The notes beneath the pieces were generated by a model that was given only the letters and a program-made list of their open reading frames with translations, ran no database searches and was not told the origin of the DNA. Positions 17,274 through 26,090 of a DNA stretch of 64,000 nucleotides are shown here, piece by piece. Both the position numbers and the translations under genes were made by a program. Origin of the DNA: Candidatus Aminicenantales bacterium (GTDB lineage: Bacteria > Acidobacteriota > Aminicenantia > Aminicenantales > UBA4085); NCBI GenBank assembly GCA_049697115.1, contig JBAVVD010000021.1, positions 70,409 through 134,408 of the forward strand, read 5' to 3'. The stretch's first letter is position 1, and the number at the start of each line of letters is the position of its first letter.

Positions 17274-18058
17274 ACCTTTAAAATCTCGCGGACCGGTCCC
17301 TTGCGTCGGGTCACTCCCATTTCGTCCAGGAGTTCCAGAAGAGGGATCGCGTATTTCCGGCTGAGACCGATCATTGCCTTAAATTCAGAAACCGTCAACT
17401 CGGTCTTGCCCGTCTGTTTGATTTTTAAAATGAGTTCGTCCAGCCACCGCGCATGGAGAAAAAAACCCTCTTTCCCCTGGACAATTTTCTTGCGCTCCAT
17501 AAGGAGAGAAAGCATTTGCTGAAGCTTCTCCGGCCTGAGGTGAAGCCGAGCTTCCACCTCTTTAAGAGAAACCAGATGAAATTCCCCTTTTAAATACATC
17601 TCTTCCAGCTTCTCTAAAAGCCGTTCTTCCCTGGGAGCAGGGAGCATTGTGAAGCGGGAAAGAGCATATGTTTCTCCCTCCTCTCTGATTCTTCCGGAGT
17701 GAACCAGGGTTTTGAGAGCCAAAATCAGGATTTTTCGGGACAGGTCGAACCTTTTCTTTATTCTCTCGATAGATGCGCCTCTCTCTTTTGGATGCTTTTC
17801 ATGAAAACGGGCTAAATGAGCCACTATTTTCTCACAGAAATAATCCAGGCTTTCTTGGGAAAGAAGAAAAAGGGGGGAGAAAGAGATGATTTTGAGTTTT
17901 CCTTCCTCTTCCAGAATCTGGCTGAGGTGAAGCAGTCCGGTATGATCCACAGGAAGATAAATTTTGGCCTCTTTTTCATGGAGGCCCCGAAGGTCTTTAT
18001 CCTGGACCAGGGCCAGCAACTTGTCTTTATCTGTCAGGAGCTTTTTCTTCACCGGCAT
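17270..18058 (-). CDS. Standalone SelB C-terminal winged-helix (SECIS-binding-like) protein with no GTPase domains
   Basis: C-terminus TVSEFKAMIGLSRKYAIPLLELLDEMGVTRRKG matches the SelB WH4 signature. Upstream segments look like further WH repeats. Total length is only 262 aa. Confidence 0.65.
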   Translation of the reverse strand: MPVKKKLLTDKDKLLALVQDKDLRGLHEKEAKIYLPVDHTGLLHLSQILEEEGKLKIISFSPLFLLSQESLDYFCEKIVAHLARFHEKHPKERGASIERIKKRFDLSRKILILALKTLVHSGRIREEGETYALSRFTMLPAPREERLLEKLEEMYLKGEFHLVSLKEVEARLHLRPEKLQQMLSLLMERKKIVQGKEGFFLHARWLDELILKIKQTGKTELTVSEFKAMIGLSRKYAIPLLELLDEMGVTRRKGPVREILKV

Positions 18059-18096
18059 CCCTTTAGAGAGTCTCTTCCTCCGTAAACATGAACCCC

Positions 18097-20166
18097 TCAG
18101 ATGGCATGGGGCGCGGACCTGTCCCCGCTTAAAACCAAAGTCATTCTCCTTAAAACAGGATCCACGGAAGCTAAGGTGACTCTGAGTCTCTCTCCCAGTT
18201 CAATCTTTTTCCCTGTTCTCTTTCTCGTGACTTTCCCTTTTGACCTCTTATAAAAGTCTCCTCCAAAGTCCTGGTAGAATAGCATCCCCTCCACTAAATA
18301 ATCATCCAGTTCCACAACCAGACCGGCTCGATTCATGTCGACAACAAGACCCATAAAATCTTCTCCCATCTTGCTTTTGAGAAAGCGATAAATGCGCCAT
18401 TCCATAAGGTTTTTCTCGGCCTCATCCGCCTTCCGTTCCTGTTGGGAAGAATGACGCGCCGCTGAAGCCAGAAGAGAAAGTTCGGCTGTCCTTCCCTTTA
18501 TCGCCTGTTTTAAGATTCTGTGGACAACCAGGTCCGGATAGCGGCGGATAGGAGAGGTGAAATGAGTGTATTCTTTCTTGGCCAGACCGTAGTGCCCATG
18601 ATTCTCTTCAGAATAACAGGCCAGCTTCAATGCTCGGAGCACCTGAATATTGACAAATTTCTCGAAGGGCTTGCCCTCGACCTTCTGAATGGCCTGCTGC
18701 AGGTCCTTGGAAACCACTCGGCTGGACTTGGGGAGAAAAATGCCCAGAGGGGCGAGCATTTCCTGGAGCTTTTCCAGGTCTGCCAAAGCGGGGGGAGGAT
18801 GAATCCGGTAAATGGAAGGAGCGTGTCTCCGGATGAGAAAGGAAGCCACGGCTTCATTTGCGGCCACCATGAACTCCTCAATGATTCTATGGGCTTCGTT
18901 TCGAATCAAGGAAGTGACCGAATGAAGCCGTCCTTCTTTGTAGACTAGTTCGGGTTCAATGAGGTCAAAATCCAGACTGCCTTCGCTCATTTTTTTGTTC
19001 TTCAGAAGCCCCGCCAGCTCCCTCATCAACAACAAATCCGGAACAAGAGAGCTGTAGTTTTGCCTTTCTTCCATATCCCCTTCCAGTATTTTTTGAACTG
19101 AAGTATAGGTCATTCTTTCTGCCGTCCGGATGATCGAGGGCAGAAATTTCGCTTTTAAAACTTGACCTGTTCCATCAATCTCCAGCAAGACAGAAAAAGT
19201 CAACCGTTCCTGGCGGGGACGCAGGCTGCACATATCATTAGAGAGCTTTTCAGGCAGCATGGGAAGTGTCCGGTCTGGAAAGTAAACGCTCGTCCCCCTC
19301 TCGAAGGCCTCATTGTCCAGAGAAGAGCCGGGCTTAACATAATGAGACACATCGGCAATATGAACTCCCAGAAGATAGTTGCCGTTGGCAAGCCTTTTGA
19401 TGCTCACGGCATCGTCAAAATCCTGGGCGTTTTCGCCGTCAATGGTCATGGCCGTCCACCGGCGGTAATCCTCCCGGCCCGCCCTGTCCTGAGCGGAAAT
19501 GACAGGGGAAACCTCCTCCGTCTCGGATATGGTCTCTTTGGAAAAAGATTCCGCCAGGCCATATCTCTGAATAATGACTTGAGTATCAATGCCGGGTGTA
19601 TCCGGGAAACCAAAGATTTTTATCAAGCGCAGGCTTGTTCGATCCACCGCAATAATCATCCCAGGAAGGGGAGATGCACCTCCTTTAGAGGACAGCGCTA
19701 TTTCTTCTGGAGAAGGTGCGTCAAAGGGCAAAAAAAGTGGCTGCCTGTTTCGCTCAACATAAACGCCAATCAATGTCTTCCTTGCTTTCTGAATGACCCT
19801 GAGAATCCGGCCTTCAGGCTTTCCCTTTTTGCCGATCTCTTTGAAGAGGACTTCAACGACATCTCCCTGGACGGCGCCCTTTGAGTATCGGGCAGGGATA
19901 AAAATATCTTCGGTCGCGCCTCCCTCCGGGACAACAAATCCATACCCTCTTCCGGAAGTCAGAAATTTGCCTTTAATGACTTCGGAATGAAGCGGCAAAA
20001 GAAAACGGTTTTTTACCCTTCGGATGATTCTCCGGTTTTCCAGGCTTTTCAAATGGCTATGCAGTTTGGCCCTTTCCTTTCGGAGAACCTTCAGCTCCTT
20101 ATAGATATTCTGCAAACTCAGGCCTTGTCTTTTTCTGCGGAGCAGAGAGAGGATGCGCTCGTCCAT
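18097..20166 (-). CDS. rnr: Ribonuclease R
   Basis: N-terminal HTH/cold-shock-like region, RNB catalytic core (DFDDA..., HFTSPIRRYPDLVVHR) and C-terminal S1 domain. Confidence 0.95.
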   Translation of the reverse strand: MDERILSLLRRKRQGLSLQNIYKELKVLRKERAKLHSHLKSLENRRIIRRVKNRFLLPLHSEVIKGKFLTSGRGYGFVVPEGGATEDIFIPARYSKGAVQGDVVEVLFKEIGKKGKPEGRILRVIQKARKTLIGVYVERNRQPLFLPFDAPSPEEIALSSKGGASPLPGMIIAVDRTSLRLIKIFGFPDTPGIDTQVIIQRYGLAESFSKETISETEEVSPVISAQDRAGREDYRRWTAMTIDGENAQDFDDAVSIKRLANGNYLLGVHIADVSHYVKPGSSLDNEAFERGTSVYFPDRTLPMLPEKLSNDMCSLRPRQERLTFSVLLEIDGTGQVLKAKFLPSIIRTAERMTYTSVQKILEGDMEERQNYSSLVPDLLLMRELAGLLKNKKMSEGSLDFDLIEPELVYKEGRLHSVTSLIRNEAHRIIEEFMVAANEAVASFLIRRHAPSIYRIHPPPALADLEKLQEMLAPLGIFLPKSSRVVSKDLQQAIQKVEGKPFEKFVNIQVLRALKLACYSEENHGHYGLAKKEYTHFTSPIRRYPDLVVHRILKQAIKGRTAELSLLASAARHSSQQERKADEAEKNLMEWRIYRFLKSKMGEDFMGLVVDMNRAGLVVELDDYLVEGMLFYQDFGGDFYKRSKGKVTRKRTGKKIELGERLRVTLASVDPVLRRMTLVLSGDRSAPHAI

Positions 20167-20171
20167 TTTTA

Positions 20172-20813
20172 TCAGTAATAATAAAAAGAAAGATATGGAA
20201 TATTGAATTTCTTTCTTAAACGCCTCACCAGCTTTATCTTCAAGACTTTTTCCTGGCCTTCTTTCTCCAGCCCTCTGTTTTCAGCCATCATTTCGGTCCT
20301 CACTCCAGCCCTTAAATCTTCAGGACAATGGGAGAAAAGAAGCTCTTCAATTTTCTCATCCATCTGCTCAAGCCCTTCTTCATCGGCAGGAGAACAGGAG
20401 GCCTTCTTTTTCGCTTCAAGATAAATACCTTTGATAAAATGAATATCGGGGGGAATTTGCTCTAAAAATCTCCGGACTTCGGCCAGGACTTTTTTCCTTT
20501 TGTCCTCCCGGCTGGTCACCCTCTTTTTTCCGCCCACCCTTCTTTCACGATACTGTTCAAATGCCCTTAACACTTGAGTTTGGCAGAGGGAGAGGGAGCG
20601 GACCTTCGACTTTCCCGAAATTCTCTTTTTCCAATCGGAAAACGCCTTCTCGACGCCCTCCAAAACCACGGAGAGGGGAATCCCCATATCCTCCCAGGTG
20701 GAGATCAAATCCAAATCTTTCGCGGAAAGAAAAAACGGAGCGCCCCTCCATGCAAAAAAAGCCCGGGCAATGGCTTGAAAATATCGGCTTCTCTCTTTTT
20801 CCCCTGATTTCAT
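20172..20813 (-). CDS. Hypothetical protein; N-terminal pattern weakly resembles a DnaD/DnaB_2-type domain
   Basis: 213-aa ORF ending 5 nt before the rnr start. LSAKDLDLISTWEDMGIPLSVVLEGVEKAF resembles the DnaD-domain pattern. Weak call. Confidence 0.5.
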   Translation of the reverse strand: MKSGEKERSRYFQAIARAFFAWRGAPFFLSAKDLDLISTWEDMGIPLSVVLEGVEKAFSDWKKRISGKSKVRSLSLCQTQVLRAFEQYRERRVGGKKRVTSREDKRKKVLAEVRRFLEQIPPDIHFIKGIYLEAKKKASCSPADEEGLEQMDEKIEELLFSHCPEDLRAGVRTEMMAENRGLEKEGQEKVLKIKLVRRLRKKFNIPYLSFYYY

Positions 20814-20905
20814 GACATTTTATTCTCTTCGGCTTCTCGCCAATTCGATTCCTCCTCCATGTGCTCCACCAATGTTCTGAATGTCCCTCCCTGAACCTTC
20901 CCGGG

Positions 20906-21670
20906 CTATTGATTTCTCTCATAGACAATTCGGAGGCCTTCGAGCACTAGATGAGGGTCATAGAAATTGATGGATTTGATTTCTGGCCAAATCTGTCTGC
21001 CGAATCCTCCGGTGGAGACTACTTTGACCTCTCCTTCCAGTTCTTTCTTGATTTCGGCAATGATATTTGTCACCAAACCGATATATCCAAAATAAAGCCC
21101 CGACTGCATGCTGGTCACGGTTGTCCGTCCAATGACTCTTGCGGGCTTTCTGATTTCAATGCGCGGCAGCTTGGCCGTTTTAAGGTACAGCGCTTCAGCT
21201 GATATCTGGATTCCCGGCGCAATCGCTCCTCCCAGGTATTCCCCTTTGGCCGAGATCGCATCAAAAGTCGTGGCTGTGCCGAAATCCACAACAATACAGG
21301 GCCTGCCGTATTTCTCAGCGGCGGCCACGGTGGCCGCCACCCGATCAGCCCCCACTTCCTGTGGATTTTCATAGAGAATAGGCATTTCTGTGCGGAGACC
21401 GGGCCCGATGATAAAAGCCTTCGCCTGAAACAAATTCTGACTCAGCGTCTGAAAAACGGGCACCAGCGGTGGAACGACACTGGAAAAGATGACGGCCTGG
21501 ATCTGGGAAGCTTCAAGGCCGGCGAATTTGAGCAGGTCGAGAAGGATAATTCCATATTCATCGCATGTTCTGTCTTTATCCGTCCTGATTTTCCAGTCTT
21601 TGAGCAATTCCTTGTCTTTAAATATTCCGATGGCCACAGTTGTGTTTCCGATGTCTAAAGCTAAAAGCAT
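20906..21670 (-). CDS. coaX: Type III pantothenate kinase
   Basis: MLLALDIGNTTVAIGIF, GADR and DFGTATTFD motifs. Confidence 0.9.
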   Translation of the reverse strand: MLLALDIGNTTVAIGIFKDKELLKDWKIRTDKDRTCDEYGIILLDLLKFAGLEASQIQAVIFSSVVPPLVPVFQTLSQNLFQAKAFIIGPGLRTEMPILYENPQEVGADRVAATVAAAEKYGRPCIVVDFGTATTFDAISAKGEYLGGAIAPGIQISAEALYLKTAKLPRIEIRKPARVIGRTTVTSMQSGLYFGYIGLVTNIIAEIKKELEGEVKVVSTGGFGRQIWPEIKSINFYDPHLVLEGLRIVYERNQ

Positions 21671-21682
21671 GGTCTTTCTCCC

Positions 21683-22429
21683 CTATGGACATTCGATTTT
21701 TATGATTTCCGCGGAGTGGAAATAATGGGGTCTTCCTCCCTCCTCCAGAATAAGGGCTCCATCAGGGGCAATCCCGGCAAAATACCCTGAAAAATGCAAA
21801 TCCTCCCTGAGCACTGTGACTTGTCCTCCCCTGCGGATAACAGAACTTTGCTCAAAATTCCGGATAATCTTCTCAGATTCTCCCCGGACATACGCATTAT
21901 ACCAGAGATCGAGAGCCCGACAAATATTCCGGACAAGCCCTTCTTCATCTATGGGCTTTTGAGACGCCAGTTTCAGGGAGGTCGCCGAAGCCTCTATCTC
22001 CTCTGGAAATTCGCTTTTCTCATGGCTGACATTCAGCCCAATCCCAACAACGGCATAAAGCGTCCTGTCCCCGAGAACTCCGCTCTCACAGAGAATTCCT
22101 CCCAGCTTCTTTTTTCTCCAGATAATATCATTGGGCCAGAGGAGTTTTGGGCTTAGACCGCAAGTATTTTTGACGGCCTCCCTTGTCGCTATTCCGGCAA
22201 CAAGAGGGAGGAGAGAAATATCCTTTTGGAGAGGGCGAAGGATAAGGGAAAAATAGAGGCCTTTTTTTTGTGCCGAAAACCACGCTCTTCCTTTTCTCCC
22301 TTTTCCCTTGGTCTGTTCCTCTGCAATAACGACTGTCCCCTCCGGCGCTCCTCCTTCAGCCAGCTTTTTGGCCAGATCATTGGTGGAAGGACAGGTCTTT
22401 ACTTTGTGAATAACAAACTCAATTTTCAT
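21683..22429 (-). CDS. birA: Biotin--[acetyl-CoA-carboxylase] ligase, group I (no HTH)
   Basis: GKGRKGRAWFS motif. At 248 aa it lacks an N-terminal DNA-binding domain. Confidence 0.85.
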   Translation of the reverse strand: MKIEFVIHKVKTCPSTNDLAKKLAEGGAPEGTVVIAEEQTKGKGRKGRAWFSAQKKGLYFSLILRPLQKDISLLPLVAGIATREAVKNTCGLSPKLLWPNDIIWRKKKLGGILCESGVLGDRTLYAVVGIGLNVSHEKSEFPEEIEASATSLKLASQKPIDEEGLVRNICRALDLWYNAYVRGESEKIIRNFEQSSVIRRGGQVTVLREDLHFSGYFAGIAPDGALILEEGGRPHYFHSAEIIKIECP

Positions 22430-25068
22430 CCGCTCTGGTCAAGAATATTCTTCAGGTTCTCCTCTGTCCTGACTTTTCTGTTTCGAAGCTCCTCGATCCT
22501 CGTCTGAGCCTGTGCCACAACCGACTGGGGCGCCCGTTCCCTGAAGTCTGCACTCTGAAGACGCGTCTCAATCTTCTTAATCTCGGATTCAATCTTGAGC
22601 CGTTCCTTCTCCAGCCTCTGTCTTTCCTGCGCGAGATTAAAAGCGCCTTTCAGAGGAATGGCGATTTCCCATCCGCCGGCCATCCCCTTTAAAATCTTTT
22701 TCTCCTGGGGAAATTTCCCGTGGAATTCAATCTCTTCAATACAGGCCAGGGCCTGAATATAGGCCTGATGCTTCTTCACGCGTTCTTCCAAGAGTCCTTT
22801 CTTCCTTTTTATCCAGAGAACAACCTTTTCCCTGGGAGGAATTTTATTCTCCGCCCTTATAGTCCGGATATGAATAATCAAATCCTGAAGAAGATTCATC
22901 TCCGCTTCTGATTCGGCGTCCCAAAAATTCCTGTTCTCAACAGGAAAAGAAGCTGCAGCCAGGGATTTTCCCGATGAAGGAAGGTGCTGCCAGATTTCTT
23001 CGGTGATGAAGGGCATAAAGGGATGAAGAAGCCTCAAGATCTGGTCCAGAACCTCAGCCATAACAGAGGCGGTCGTCCGGTTTCCCTCCTTGAGCGCGGG
23101 TTTAACAAGCTCGATATACCAGTCGCAGAATTCATGCCAGATAAAATGATAAATTTTGTCCGCCGCTTCATAGAATTTGTACTGGCCGAGCGCTTCGTTG
23201 AGCTCTCCGGTAATCCGGCTCAGTCGGCTCCGGACCCATCGGTCCGCCAGAGTCAATTGCTCCTCTTGAGCCGGAGGAATGCCTCCTTCAAGGTTCATCA
23301 GCACAAACCGCGCCGCGTTCCATATTTTGTTGGCAAAGGCTCTGTAACCTGCCATTCTTTCTTCCGAAAGGGCAATATCCATGCCTGGAACAGCCAGTGC
23401 CGCCAGGGTGAACCTCAAAGCGTCGGTGCCGTAGTTATCGGCCATTTCCAGGGGATCGATGATATTGCCTTCGGATTTGCTCATCTTCCGGCGCCTGAAG
23501 TCACGGACCAGGCCGTTGATAAAAACATGGCGAAAAGGAATATCGCCCATGAACTTCAGGCCCATCATGATCATCCTGGCCACCCAGAAAAAGATAATGT
23601 CAAATCCAGTGGCCATGAGGTCTGTCGGATAGAACGTCTTCAGATCTTCTGTCCGTTCCGGCCAGCCCATTGTGCCGAAAGGCCAGAGGGCCGAGGAAAA
23701 CCATGTGTCGAGGACGTCTTCATCCTGGACCAGATTCCGGCTCCGGCATTGAGAGCACTCCTGCGGCGGTTCCATAGCCACAATGACTTCCTTGCAGTCC
23801 TGGCAATACCAGGCCGGAATTCGGTGACCCCACCAGAGCTGGCGGGAAATGCACCAGTCGTGAATATTGTACATCCATTCAAAATAAGTCTTCGCCCAGT
23901 TGGGAGGGATAAACACGATCTTTCCCTCTTCCACGACGCGTATGGCTTCCTTGGCAATCGGCCCGATTTTGACGAACCACTGCCAGGAGAGATGGGGTTC
24001 GATGATGGTCTTGCACCGATAGCAGTGGCCGACCGCATGCTGGTAGTCTTCGACCTTATCCAGCAAGCCCAGTTCCTTGAGCCTGGCCACGACTTTCGAT
24101 CGGCACTCGAAGCGGTCCAGTCCTACGAAATCTCTGCCGGCTTCGGCAGTCATTCTTCCCCGGTCGTCGATGACAATAATCTGGTCCAGGTTATGAAGCT
24201 TCCCCAGCTCAAAGTCCACCGGATCATGGGCAGGAGTGACCTTGACAGCGCCCGTTCCGAATTCTTTCTCCACTCTTTTGTCCGTGATTACCGGAATCAC
24301 CCGGCTGGTGAGGGGAAGCCGAACCTTTTGACCCTGGATTTTTTTATAGCGATTATCGTCTGGATGAACGGCGACCGCCGTGTCCCCCAGCATGGTCTCT
24401 GGCCGGGTTGTGGAGACAATGACATACCCGCTGGAATCTTCCAGAGGATATTTGATGTCATACAGCTTGGATTGAAGCTCTTTATGCTCGACTTCAATGT
24501 CCGAAAGAACCGTCCCGCAGTGGGGACAGTGGTTGACCAGATAGTAATCCCTATAAATCAGCCCTTCATTGTAGAGATCGATAAAAACGTGCCGGACCGC
24601 CTGAGAAAAACCGTCGTCCATTGTGAAACGTTCTCTCGTCCAGTCAAGCGAAGCGCCGAGTTTTTTTAACTGTTCGGTAATGACCCCGCCGTATTTGTTT
24701 TTCCAGTCCCAGGCCAACTTGAGAAATTCTTCACGGCCGAGCTTTTCCCGGCTGAGTCCTTTCTCTGCCAGGCTCTGTTCGATGACGTTGTGGACGGCAA
24801 TGCTGGCGTGGTCTGTTCCCGGGAGCCAGAGCGTATTGTATCCCTGCATTCTCTTCCAACGGACGATAATATCCGGAAGAGTGAAACAAAGGGCATGACC
24901 CATATGGAGAATGCCTGTGACATTGGGAGGCGGAAGGACGATAGAAAATTTTTCCTTGGAGGAGTGGACGTCGGCAACGAACACCCCTTCCTCAATCCAA
25001 AATTTCCGCCACTTTTCTTCAACGGGTTTGGGGTCGAACGCTTTGTCCAAAAGGAGTTTCTTTTTCAT
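22426..25068 (-). CDS. valS: Valine--tRNA ligase
   Basis: HMGH and KMSKS motifs, CP1 editing domain, C-terminal coiled coil. Confidence 0.97.
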   Translation of the reverse strand: MKKKLLLDKAFDPKPVEEKWRKFWIEEGVFVADVHSSKEKFSIVLPPPNVTGILHMGHALCFTLPDIIVRWKRMQGYNTLWLPGTDHASIAVHNVIEQSLAEKGLSREKLGREEFLKLAWDWKNKYGGVITEQLKKLGASLDWTRERFTMDDGFSQAVRHVFIDLYNEGLIYRDYYLVNHCPHCGTVLSDIEVEHKELQSKLYDIKYPLEDSSGYVIVSTTRPETMLGDTAVAVHPDDNRYKKIQGQKVRLPLTSRVIPVITDKRVEKEFGTGAVKVTPAHDPVDFELGKLHNLDQIIVIDDRGRMTAEAGRDFVGLDRFECRSKVVARLKELGLLDKVEDYQHAVGHCYRCKTIIEPHLSWQWFVKIGPIAKEAIRVVEEGKIVFIPPNWAKTYFEWMYNIHDWCISRQLWWGHRIPAWYCQDCKEVIVAMEPPQECSQCRSRNLVQDEDVLDTWFSSALWPFGTMGWPERTEDLKTFYPTDLMATGFDIIFFWVARMIMMGLKFMGDIPFRHVFINGLVRDFRRRKMSKSEGNIIDPLEMADNYGTDALRFTLAALAVPGMDIALSEERMAGYRAFANKIWNAARFVLMNLEGGIPPAQEEQLTLADRWVRSRLSRITGELNEALGQYKFYEAADKIYHFIWHEFCDWYIELVKPALKEGNRTTASVMAEVLDQILRLLHPFMPFITEEIWQHLPSSGKSLAAASFPVENRNFWDAESEAEMNLLQDLIIHIRTIRAENKIPPREKVVLWIKRKKGLLEERVKKHQAYIQALACIEEIEFHGKFPQEKKILKGMAGGWEIAIPLKGAFNLAQERQRLEKERLKIESEIKKIETRLQSADFRERAPQSVVAQAQTRIEELRNRKVRTEENLKNILDQSG

Positions 25069-25075
25069 CTTTGGC

Positions 25076-25693
25076 TTACCTCTTCGGTTTGAGCCCTTTT
25101 AATTCCTCAACCATCCATTTCCGGAACTCTGCAGAAACAAGGTCCTTGACCATCTTTTCAAGCCGGAGGCTCATTCCCTGAACTTCTTTTTTGACGGCTT
25201 CACGGATTTTTTCTTCCATATCCGCCATCCCTTCTGGAGTCATCAAAGGAGGAGATTCCAGAGGGGAACTCGGCTGCTCCGCCTCCTCTAAAAAAGGTTC
25301 TTCAGGCATAAAAGGAATATCTTTTTTCCTTTCGATGGCTTCTCTGACCGACTGGGCCAATTTCTCCGAATCAATGGGCTTTCGGACAAGCAGATCATAG
25401 TCGATCGGCGAAAGTCTCTGAGAATCCAGAGGCTCAAAAGCTCCTCTGAGTAAAATAAGCGCTGTCTGTTTGTAGGCATCCTGCGTTCTTAAAAAAAGGC
25501 CTAACTCATATCCATCCTTGGAAGGGAGGGAGAGGCTCAAAAGGACAGCGTCCGGCTTGAGCTCTGGAAGAGATTTTAAAGTCTCAAGCCCGTCCTTAAA
25601 GGTATAAACTTTAAACCCTGATTCAGAGAAAGCCGTTTCCACAGCTCTCCGAACAGAGATGGAACTGTCCGCAACAACGATTCTGTAAGCCAT
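25076..25693 (-). CDS. Receiver-domain protein lacking the phospho-acceptor Asp (pseudo-receiver) with an unknown roughly 80-aa tail
   Basis: CheY-like fold pattern, but PDAVLLSLSLPSKDG has Ser where the acceptor Asp belongs, and VVADSS replaces the acidic pair. The conserved Lys is present (LVRKPI). Confidence 0.8.
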   Translation of the reverse strand: MAYRIVVADSSISVRRAVETAFSESGFKVYTFKDGLETLKSLPELKPDAVLLSLSLPSKDGYELGLFLRTQDAYKQTALILLRGAFEPLDSQRLSPIDYDLLVRKPIDSEKLAQSVREAIERKKDIPFMPEEPFLEEAEQPSSPLESPPLMTPEGMADMEEKIREAVKKEVQGMSLRLEKMVKDLVSAEFRKWMVEELKGLKPKR

Positions 25694-25728
25694 TCTCGCT
25701 TCTCAAATTCCTGTGGAAACTTTGGATT

Positions 25729-25757
25729 TAATTAACATTTTCTCTTCCCATTGTCAA
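25729..25757 (-). promoter_or_regulatory. Candidate promoter TTGACA-17-TAATTA for the pseudo-receiver/valS operon
   Basis: In minus sense, TTGACAATGGGAAGAGAAAATGTTAATTA. The -10 hexamer is weak. Confidence 0.3.
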
Positions 25758-25939
25758 TTTCAGGCGCCAATCCTCCTCTCTTATTGTACCCATTCCTGAT
25801 CATCCTGGCGAGAGGAAAGTGTCAACAAACCAGTCAAATGACGGCGCCTCTTGACTTATTTTTTTGAGGTGAGAAGCGAATATTAAGAAAACCGTTTTCG
25901 CTCTAGCGGATATGACTGTTCCTTTTCATGTTGAGGCGA

Positions 25940-26080
25940 GGGCTGGATGCTGAAAAAACCGTATGAAAGGCCGAACGGGCACGGTTTCTCGACTGAAAAG
26001 GAGAAGAAGAGCGAGGCCTTGAATCGAGAGGACTTTGCCTCGCTGGGGTAAAGTCCTCGTGTTTTTGAAGCATCCAGCCC
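25940..26080. other. Candidate structured RNA element (closing 12-bp stem, one hairpin, and two interleaved 8/9-bp helices)
   Basis: GGGCTGGATGCT (25940-51) pairs with AGCATCCAGCCC (26069-80). AAACCGT (25956-62) pairs with ACGGTTT (25981-87). AGCGAGGC (26010-17) pairs with GCCTCGCT (26037-44). GAGGACTTT (26028-36) pairs with AAAGTCCTC (26050-58). Confidence 0.4.
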
Positions 26081-26090
26081 GAGCCCTATT

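Noticed and set aside
22984-24669. Very long antisense ORFs opposite real genes. Examples: 561 aa opposite valS; 378 aa at 10546-11682; 331 aa at 11838-12833; 339 aa at 32682-33701; 411 aa at 39810-41045; 295 aa at 7686-8573; 240 aa at 19162-19884; 237 aa at 49939-50652.
   Set aside because: Each one I checked is in exact codon register with the sense gene (offsets divisible by 3). Stops in that antisense frame require sense codons TTA, CTA or TCA, which this genome evidently avoids. The translations are low-complexity with no recognisable motifs, and the sense genes are unambiguous. This is a codon-usage artefact, not overlapping genes.
25940-26080. The dnaE-downstream element as a MITE with terminal inverted repeats.
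   Set aside because: No flanking target-site duplication longer than 3 nt is present, and no second copy occurs in the window. It is kept as a candidate structured RNA instead.
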